Source: a virus. From it: DNA of 64,000 bases. The translations under genes were made by a program, and so were the position numbers. The stretch is from positions 1-64,000 of IMG/VR virus record IMGVR_UViG_3300042090_000646. One strand, written 5' to 3'. Positions 1 through 7,500 of the stretch are shown in pieces. The notes beneath the pieces were generated by a model, which saw only the letters and a program-made list of their open reading frames with translations, was not told where the DNA came from and did no database searches. Position 1 is the first letter of the stretch; the number at the start of each line of letters is the position of its first letter.

Positions 1-97
1 GGTCAGGCCCTCAGCGCTGGTCAGGCCGGAGAGGCGCAGGGATCCGCCCACGGACTGCGGGAGGGTCAGGCCCTCAGCGCTGGTCAGGCCGGAGAGG
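1..97. repeat. 63-bp period coding repeat
   Basis: ggtcaggccctcagcgctggtcaggccggagagg is identical at 1-34 and 64-97. Confidence 0.9.
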
Positions 98-390
98 TCC
101 AGATTAACGTTCCTTCCCCCTTCGGCGATCTGCCGTAGGCATTCGTTGATGCAGAGGATGCGCCGGGGATAGAGCGCCAGGATGGCACTCCAGAATTCGG
201 CGCGGTCCTCACCGGGCAGCACCCGCACATTCAGCGACTCACCGCCGTCCTCACGGGTCCACTCCCATTCGCGGTAGGTTTCGGGGGCGATCCTGAGCGC
301 GTTCACTGTCGCGTCATGGCTGGTGAGGTTCTGGCACAGGATCCGGGGGTGCTTCTCGATGGTCACGAGTCCGGACAAAAAATCGCACAT
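1..390 (-). CDS. Leucine-rich 21-aa repeat protein (3'-truncated by window)
   Basis: Not in ORF track. ATG at 390 with AGGAG upstream; manual translation MCDFLSGLV...LDLSGLTSAEGLTLPQSVGGSLRLSGLTSAEGLT, open to base 1. Confidence 0.8.
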   Translation of the reverse strand, partial: MCDFLSGLVTIEKHPRILCQNLTSHDATVNALRIAPETYREWEWTREDGGESLNVRVLPGEDRAEFWSAILALYPRRILCINECLRQIAEGGRNVNLDLSGLTSAEGLTLPQSVGGSLRLSGLTSAEGLT

Positions 391-460
391 AGCTGCTCCT
401 TGAGGGGATGTTGTTCAGGCCGAAATGGCCGATTGCTCGATAGGTGGCGAGTGTGTATTC

Positions 461-838
461 TCAGGACCGGTCCCGACTGCCCTTGAATGCAGGGTTGGTG
501 AGAAATTCTCGGAAGGTCAGGTCCGGAGCAACGTCGGAGGCGTTCAAGAAGGCCCGGTAAACCCGCTTCCCCTTGGAGAGTTGGATAGTTTTGAAACTGG
601 CGATGGCCGCCGCCGTCCCCGCCTCGGTGCATTCGTAATAGATCAGGTCCCAGCGGGTGCCCGTCATCTTGACGGCTCCCAACCGCTCCAACTCGGCCAT
701 GTGCTCGTCGCCGGGGTTCGCGGCGTAATAGTTCCGGTAGGGTTTGGGGACGGCCAAGCTTGGGTCGGTGATCCCCAGCATGTGGCGGAGGGTGTGGAGC
801 TGGTCCGGAGAGAGGGAAAGGGTATCCTGGTTCGTCAT
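461..838 (-). CDS. Phage hypothetical protein
   Basis: ATGA overlap with upstream gene; plausible composition. Confidence 0.75.
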   Translation of the reverse strand: MTNQDTLSLSPDQLHTLRHMLGITDPSLAVPKPYRNYYAANPGDEHMAELERLGAVKMTGTRWDLIYYECTEAGTAAAIASFKTIQLSKGKRVYRAFLNASDVAPDLTFREFLTNPAFKGSRDRS

Positions 839-1440
839 GAGGCCACCGCTTGGGTCCGGGGATCCGGCACTTCCTTGATGGCCCAGGCCGCAAGAGACGA
901 CGTCTTGACCCGCTTTCGCTCACCCAAGGCAAGAGACGCGGTATGGTTGGGAGTGATGATGCCGCGGTCAACGACCTCGATAAGGGCCATCTCGGCGGTC
1001 TGGTGAAGGACATGGCGGATCTGGCCGCTGGGGCCTTGGTAGAAGCCATCTTCGTGTATCAGGTGCAGCTTCATGGCGGCCTCCTCAAGCTTGGACTGTG
1101 TTCGTTCTGCCTTGGATGTGTTCTGCTGCTCGGCACATGCGCCGCACCGGCTAGCGAATCCGGTCGGGCTGGTAGTGCTGGGCTCGGCCTGGCGGCATCC
1201 GCAGATTTGACAGATGCCCAACTTCTTTAGGGCCGGGCGCAGCCTGGAGGCCGACTCATGCGTCCGTTTGGCTGCGATCCGGGCGCAGGCCACACACCGG
1301 CTTGCCAGCCCGGTTGGACTATTTTTGCTGGGCTTGGCCGGGTGCTTCCCGCAGACCTGGCACTTGCCCTTGCGCTTCCTGTCGGCCCGTTCTTTGGCCT
1401 TGCGCTTCCGGTCGAGGGCCCTTCTGGTTTGTGGGGCCAT
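835..1440 (-). CDS. Protein with two tandem Cys4 zinc-ribbon-like repeats
   Basis: CQVC..SPTGLASRCVAC and CQIC..SPTGFASRCGAC; GAGG RBS. Confidence 0.75.
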   Translation of the reverse strand: MAPQTRRALDRKRKAKERADRKRKGKCQVCGKHPAKPSKNSPTGLASRCVACARIAAKRTHESASRLRPALKKLGICQICGCRQAEPSTTSPTGFASRCGACAEQQNTSKAERTQSKLEEAAMKLHLIHEDGFYQGPSGQIRHVLHQTAEMALIEVVDRGIITPNHTASLALGERKRVKTSSLAAWAIKEVPDPRTQAVAS

Positions 1441-1442
1441 GG

Positions 1443-1688
1443 CTACCTCGCCAGGGGAATTTTTGGGTAGCCAAAGCCCAGCTCGGCCGCCTTCTTAGCG
1501 GTGTCCATGTCAGTGTAAGGGCCATGCACGGGAGGAGTGGTGTTGCGGTCGGGTGCCTCGCACATGAGGGACATCCAAGCTTTGCCGTGGGAATCCCAGA
1601 CATGGGCCAGGACCAGCCGGCCCTTCATGAGGTGCTGGCCGATGGATCCAGGAATGCCCATCCAGCTACTGGTCGTTGGCTTTGCCAT
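1443..1688 (-). CDS. Hypothetical protein
   Basis: GGAGG RBS; tight operon packing. Confidence 0.65.
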   Translation of the reverse strand: MAKPTTSSWMGIPGSIGQHLMKGRLVLAHVWDSHGKAWMSLMCEAPDRNTTPPVHGPYTDMDTAKKAAELGFGYPKIPLAR

Positions 1689-1860
1689 GGCTTGCCTCCT
1701 TATATGCCGAATGGTCCTTAACCGCCTTGTCGAGCTGCCTGTCGGACCAGATATTGAAAAGCATGAGGACGGCCAGGAGTGCGCCCAGGATCAGAAAGAT
1801 TTTTGCCCGGATGGCAGATATCTCGTCGTCGGTGAAGGGAGGAATCGCCTCGAAGCTCAT
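1666..1860 (-). CDS. Small membrane protein
   Basis: Start at MSFEAIPP (ATGA overlap); hydrophobic stretch IFLILGALLAVLMLFNIW. Confidence 0.6.
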   Translation of the reverse strand: MSFEAIPPFTDDEISAIRAKIFLILGALLAVLMLFNIWSDRQLDKAVKDHSAYKEASHGKANDQ

Positions 1861-2075
1861 GCTGCGGCATCCTTCCTGGCCAGCTCCTGGCGGATGGCCC
1901 TCCGCTTGGCCCAGTCTTCCAATTGGGCGAAGAGGATGATGTCCTGCATTCGCCCGGAAGTAACGCGGGGCATTCGGGGAACCCGGTGGGGGTGATGGAT
2001 CAGCTTCAGAATAATTGCGAGCATCTCGGCTCCGGAAATGGACGGGCCCCCGGAGGGGCCCGCGGTTGCGCTCAT
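1857..2075 (-). CDS. Hypothetical protein
   Basis: ATGA overlaps at both ends. Confidence 0.55.
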   Translation of the reverse strand: MSATAGPSGGPSISGAEMLAIILKLIHHPHRVPRMPRVTSGRMQDIILFAQLEDWAKRRAIRQELARKDAAA

Positions 2076-3133
2076 TGCCCCCTGGAGACGAGGGACGTCC
2101 ACTCGGAGCCCTGGAGGGCCATGATGTCTCCGCCCATACCCTGAAGCTCAATGGCGCGGTCGTAGGACGGGTGCGCGTTGGCGACCTGAGTCATCGCATT
2201 CGCCAGTCCCCATCTGGTATGGTCCCGCTCTCCCAGGTAGGAATACAGAACCGACTTCTTCTCGGCCTCCCGGAGCTGGAAGCGGCTGGCCACTTCCTCC
2301 ACCACGAGTCCAGGATCGCCGGGAACGGCGTCGTTGGCCTTCTCGCGGATGTCCTGGAGGATCTTCTTGAATCCTTCCTCACTGGTCAGGGTGTTCAGGT
2401 GGTCCCGCATTTCCAGCCAGAACGCCTGGTTCTTGGCTTGGATGGTCTCATCCTTCAGCACAGTGAAGGAGTCGTCGTTGCCAAGGAGACTTCCGCCAAG
2501 ATGGGCCCGCTTCTTCCCGTAGTCGAACCCCATCATGCCGTTGGTGCAGCGGAGCCGCTTAAGGAAAGGATCAATCTCGATCTTGCCAAGGCCGATCTCG
2601 GAATTTTTGATGATGAAGCCGCCCTGGATTACATCGCCCACCCGGATCTCGCCGGTCAGGGCCGGGGTGACCACCTGGACGTAGAGAGCCTTGTCCGTCA
2701 CGGTGGCCGACTCGATCTGGAACTGGGGCTGATCCAGGATGACCGGGAACAGATACTCGGCCACTTCCTCGTTCTCGTAGAGCCCGAAGCGGTTGGAGAG
2801 GATGGCTCTGGTGTGGCCATTGAGGGTCCGCACCAACCGCTTTTCGTTCTGGTGGTTGTCCAGGAGGCGGTTGACATTAACGGAGATAAGGTCCGGGGCG
2901 TTCTCCCGGAGCTTCTGCATGAACCCCCTGGGGATGCCCAGGTAGTCGGCGAGCTGATTCCTGGCATGGTCGCTAGGCTCGGTGACGACTGGGCCGGCGG
3001 CGTTCATCCAGGTCAGTTCCTGGTCCTCGGTCATGCGAAGGGTCGTGGCGGGGATGATGTAATCCCGCTTGTTCTTGGCGTTGTCCAGAATGGTCTGGAC
3101 GAGGGTAGGAATGGAGTCGCCTTTGATGGTCAT
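2072..3133 (-). CDS. DUF932-like phage/plasmid protein
   Basis: Motifs RLVRTL..RAILSNRF, NSEIGLG, RLRCTNGM, TRWGLANAMT resemble the DUF932 family. Confidence 0.8.
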   Translation of the reverse strand: MTIKGDSIPTLVQTILDNAKNKRDYIIPATTLRMTEDQELTWMNAAGPVVTEPSDHARNQLADYLGIPRGFMQKLRENAPDLISVNVNRLLDNHQNEKRLVRTLNGHTRAILSNRFGLYENEEVAEYLFPVILDQPQFQIESATVTDKALYVQVVTPALTGEIRVGDVIQGGFIIKNSEIGLGKIEIDPFLKRLRCTNGMMGFDYGKKRAHLGGSLLGNDDSFTVLKDETIQAKNQAFWLEMRDHLNTLTSEEGFKKILQDIREKANDAVPGDPGLVVEEVASRFQLREAEKKSVLYSYLGERDHTRWGLANAMTQVANAHPSYDRAIELQGMGGDIMALQGSEWTSLVSRGQ

Positions 3134-3143
3134 GTGGTGCCTT

Positions 3144-3416
3144 TCAGGCAGGGAGTTGCAGCTCCCGGTTGGGGTTGACGGCCTTGTTGATGCGCTCGTT
3201 GGCGCGGTGGGCCTTGTTGAGCATGGCGATGGCTTCGTTCAGGGCAGAGAGCTGGAGTCCACGAGGAATGTTCTCGCCTCGCTCCCAGCGCCCCGGTGTG
3301 GCGGGGGATACCCGGATAAGCCGGGCGAACGCCGCCTGACTCAATCGGGCGCCCTTGCGGACGGAGCGGATCTCTTGCGGGGTGGGCACTACCGGCCCGG
3401 AGTCAGTTCGTTCCAC
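3144..3416 (-). CDS. XRE/HTH_3 DNA-binding protein
   Basis: IRSVRKGARLSQAAFARLIRVSPATPGRWERGENIP. Confidence 0.8.
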   Translation of the reverse strand: MERTDSGPVVPTPQEIRSVRKGARLSQAAFARLIRVSPATPGRWERGENIPRGLQLSALNEAIAMLNKAHRANERINKAVNPNRELQLPA

Positions 3417-3688
3417 GGGGATGCCTCGTCCTTGCGCTGGAGTGCCAGCATGATGGTGGGGGCGCCGAACTCGATCTTGGCAATTGCGATCCCGGGGGCG
3501 ACCTCGACCTTCTGGACGCCGGTAGGCTCAAGAGAGGTGATAACGATGTCGGTTACACCCTCCCGCTCCTTGTAACGGTTGAGCCATTCCCATAGCTCAT
3601 TCAGGTCATCGGTCTGCCGGTGACGGACCAGCTCACCTGGGTTCCCGGCCTTGAGGTCATAGAAGGAGGTCGCAAAGGATACGCTCAT
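3389..3688 (-). CDS. Hypothetical protein
   Basis: ATG 2 nt after upstream stop; globular-looking translation. Confidence 0.6.
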   Translation of the reverse strand: MSVSFATSFYDLKAGNPGELVRHRQTDDLNELWEWLNRYKEREGVTDIVITSLEPTGVQKVEVAPGIAIAKIEFGAPTIMLALQRKDEASPWNELTPGR

Positions 3689-3690
3689 GG

Positions 3691-4155
3691 TTAGCCGACC
3701 TTCACGCCAAGGTCTTTGATGATGAGGTTGACCAGCCGGGTCAATTCCTTGAGAGCCGCGGTGGTTTCTTCCTGGTAGACCATCAGGCCGCCCAGTCTCG
3801 CATCCAGGCCCTGGACCTGCTGTTCGACGGTGAGGGGATCCAGAGAGGCAACAACCACCTCCGGCTTGGATGCAGGCTTGCCTTGAAGCACCCATCGCCA
3901 GTTTTTGCTGTTCGCCTCGGTGGGGGTGCCCTGGACCAGGCCCACCCCTTTCATAGCCTTCAGAACGCCGTGGATCGACGCCTTGGGCGCATCATACTGG
4001 ATCATGGTCTCAGGGATGGCGTCCGTGAGCAGAGCGAAGATTTCCTTCTCGGTGTATGTGCCGGGACGAAATCCCTGAATCGCCTCCATGAGCCTTCTGG
4101 GCCGCTTGCCATGAAAGGGCGTTTCAGGAGTGGGAACGAACTTCTTGCGTTCCAT
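3691..4155 (-). CDS. First gene of leftward early operon; possible winged-helix plus coiled coil
   Basis: AAGGAG RBS; directly downstream of a predicted promoter. Confidence 0.7.
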   Translation of the reverse strand: MERKKFVPTPETPFHGKRPRRLMEAIQGFRPGTYTEKEIFALLTDAIPETMIQYDAPKASIHGVLKAMKGVGLVQGTPTEANSKNWRWVLQGKPASKPEVVVASLDPLTVEQQVQGLDARLGGLMVYQEETTAALKELTRLVNLIIKDLGVKVG

Positions 4156-4216
4156 CTTGTTGTCTCCTTGCAGGGAGGTTGGAGGGGAGTCACCGTGCCC
4201 GTATCAGGCATACCCC

Positions 4217-4245
4217 AATGTAGCTCCTTGACTGCTGCAAGTCAA
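4217..4245 (-). promoter_or_regulatory. Sigma70-type leftward promoter
   Basis: Minus strand TTGACT-17 nt-TACATT; the -35 lies in the inverted repeat ttgact-gctgca-agtcaa (4228-4245). Confidence 0.7.
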
Positions 4246-4274
4246 TACGTTTTGCTACAAAAATATTTCTTTTG

Positions 4275-4499
4275 TTACTTTTGTGTCGCAGCGACAATGC
4301 CGGCGGCCTCACGGCACCAGGCGTCCACGTTTCCCTCGTTGAGCCCTTGGTGCCGGGCCCAATCCAGGCGCTCCCGGAAGTGGTCAGCTCCGGATGTCCG
4401 AAGTTGTCGCAATTTGTCTCTGTTCTCTCTTACGTCGGCCTCGATCCCGGCGAGGAGCAGCCGGGCCTCCCCAATGGGGTCTTTCTTGGGTTCAGCCAT
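4275..4499 (-). CDS. Hypothetical protein
   Basis: GGAGG RBS immediately after the giant gene. Confidence 0.65.
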   Translation of the reverse strand: MAEPKKDPIGEARLLLAGIEADVRENRDKLRQLRTSGADHFRERLDWARHQGLNEGNVDAWCREAAGIVAATQK

Positions 4500-4509
4500 G
4501 GTCGCCCTC

Positions 4510-7500
4510 CTATGCCGCTTTGTTCTGCGCCGCCCTAGCGCGAATAGCTTTTAGATCCCCCGCTAATCCTGCATCATCCAGGTAGTCGGTGGGGTCCTGA
4601 AAAATCTCGCCCAAGACGCCCTTGTGCTTGACCCGCTCCATGTTGTTTTTTTCCCAGGGCGAGTCCGCCATGAGGGTGATACTCTCCACGTTGTCCTTCT
4701 GCCCCACCCGCCAGATCCGGGCCGTCCGTTGGTTGTGGCACATGGCGGTGGCGGGAAGGTCGTGATGGATCAGGCACTTTCCATGCTGGAGGTTCAGGCC
4801 GGTGGCCCCGGCGTCAGACATCACGATGACGTCTGCCTGGCCGCTGTTGAAGGCGGTCGCCTTCGCCGCCTTGTCCTTGGAGCTGTCCTTGCCAGTGAGG
4901 CTAGTGGCCTTGATCCCGGCCTTTTCCATGGCGGCCTGGATGGCTCTCACGGCCTGGAGGTTGTGGGAAAAGATCACGACGGGCTTGCCCTGGGCGATGC
5001 GCTCCTTGGCGATGCGGACATGTTCCGCCATCTTGCCGCCCTCCGGGTCCAGGTTGATGATCCGGTTCATGGCGGATTCCCGCATGGTGCCGACCGCCTT
5101 GCGGACCCTCTCGGCGATGGCGGCGTGGTCCGCCTCCGGCTTGCCCTCGAAACTCTTGGGCGCCAGGATCCGGGCCCACTTCAGGGCGTCGGGCGCCCCC
5201 GTCCGGAGTTTTCCGGAGGCCAGCTCAACCTGGTCGACGGCGGCCTTCTGCTTGTCGGTGAGCGGGACGTCGAGGTTGCTCTTGTAGCAGTCCTTTCCGG
5301 GGTCCACGCGCCCATTGAACCAGTAGCGGGACAGCTCCTGGGCCATGGACTTCTTGGCCAAAGGGGTGTTGTTCTTGAACCGGCGCAGGAACTCGTCCTT
5401 GGACTCGGGCGGGTAGCGGTGCGGGTCGATCTTGTTCAGGTTGGACCAGACCTCGGAGACATCGTTCTTGAGTGGGTCACCGGTGGCCATGGTGACGTAG
5501 TCCGAATTGTGGGAGTGGGCATCCATGACCTTGGACAGGACGCTGTCCACCTTCCCTTCCCTGTCCAGGGCGCCATGAGCCTCGTCCACCATGAGGGCGT
5601 TGAAGTCGATCCCGGCCTTGGTGAACGCCTCCTTTACGGCAGCGGCGGCCTCCTTCGGAGGGGTGTTCATGAGGAAGTCCCTGGCTCCCTCGGGCCCCTT
5701 CCCCAGGTGGTCGCCCAGGATCTGAAGGGTGTCATCCCGGAGGGTCTGATGGGTCACAACGATGGCGTGTTGGTCCGGGTCTCGGTATGCGGCCAGGCGC
5801 TGCTCGTAGGACTCGCCTGGACGTGCATGGACGTGGAAACCTGTGGACGGGTCCACGAACCGAATAGACTCCGCCCCGAATTGCCCCTGGACGACACTGG
5901 GGACCGCCAGGATGGCCTTCTTTAGCTTGCCGTCGTGGTGCAGGGTGGTCAGGGCGCCCAGCATGATTCCGGTCTTGCCGCTATTGTGATTGACCAAACC
6001 CTGCGCAATATATGTGTGGGAATCTGGAACGGTGATATCGAATACTACCTGGAATCCTGCACTTTCAACAGAAAGGACCGAGACCCATGCCAAAAGGCCG
6101 ACCATGCTCGAAGGTTCTGATTTCAGACGAGGAACTTCGTCGCCTCTATCACGATGTAGGGATGAGTTCGACCCAGATTGGACGGCTGTTTGATGTGGAT
6201 GGCTCAGTGATTCTTTACCACCTGAAGCGTCGTGGGATCCCTCGTCGTGAGCCTTCTGCATGTCTGGGCAAGTTGAATGGGTCCTGGAGGGGGGGGCGCA
6301 TTCTCGACAAGAACGGGTATGTCCTGCTCCATACCCCAAATCACCCCGATGCGAACTCTGGGGGGTATGTCCGGGAACATCGCCTTGTGATGGAGGAGAT
6401 TCTTGGCCGTCGCCTTGGGCCCCAAGAGGTTGTCCCTCATCGGGACGGAGACAAGCAGAACAATTCCCCTGAAAATCTGGAGATATATGGCAAAAACTCT
6501 GACCACCTTCGAGAGGAACTGATGGGACGCATCCCAGAATGGACCCCAGAAGGGCTTGCTCGAATCCGTCAGCATATCCCAGCTCCGATGGTATGGACGC
6601 CAGAGCGTCACGAAGCCGCCCGGCAACGAATGAGGGATCGGTGGGCGAAAGGGAAAATTCCTGGACGGGTATGGACGCCGGAGGAGCGAGAGAAACAGGC
6701 AGAGCGAACCCAGAAGCGGGCACGCAAACCGGATGGATCATTCGAGTGATCTGGTCCAGCGTTTCATCCCGGGTTGTATCGCCCCCTTCGGGGGCACCCA
6801 TGATCCTGGATCCACAGATGAGGTCGCCAGCGTGAACCCATCCTGTCACACCCAGGAATAGGTGGCGTGGGGTCACGAAGATTTCAGACCCGTTGCTGCA
6901 TCTGATCCGGAGCATCTCCTCGTATCCCTTGACGAATACGGGCGAGGCTTTCTGTGTGACGACCTGACCATCCTCAGCCATGGATGCAACGACGGGACGC
7001 TCCCCGCTCAACCACCAGTCAAAGAACGTCCTATCCTGCCCTGTGACCTCGCAATGGAGGCGGGTTCCGCCATAGACGCACCCGGCTCCGTAGAAGAGGC
7101 CCATGCGCTTGAGCTGGGTGATCGCCTTCACCGCCCGCTGCTGAGCGGCATACTTCCCGCTCATGTGGATGCCTTCGTCCACCTTCACGGTTCCCTTACG
7201 CCCGGCGAATGGAGCGGCGGCGGCGGGCATGAGGGAGCGGATCTGGTTCTCCAGGGCGGTTCCCAGGCCGGTGCGCTCCCCGACCTTGGCGGTCTGGAGC
7301 TGGCGTCCGGTGACGTGGTGGTAGTGGTCCGCGAACCCTTCGTTGAGCGTGCCCTTCATCTGTTCCTGGATCGCGCCGAGGGCGCCCTTGGTTCCCTGGT
7401 GGTCCTTCACGAACTGGTCCCAGGCGGTCGGCTTGTCGGCGCTCTCCTTATATTCGGCCTCCAGGGCGGCCCGCTGGGCGCTCCACTTCGTCCATTCCGG

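Noticed and set aside
1-97. CRISPR array or DGR repeat
   Set aside because: Repeat is in-frame coding with a 63-bp period; no cas or reverse transcriptase genes
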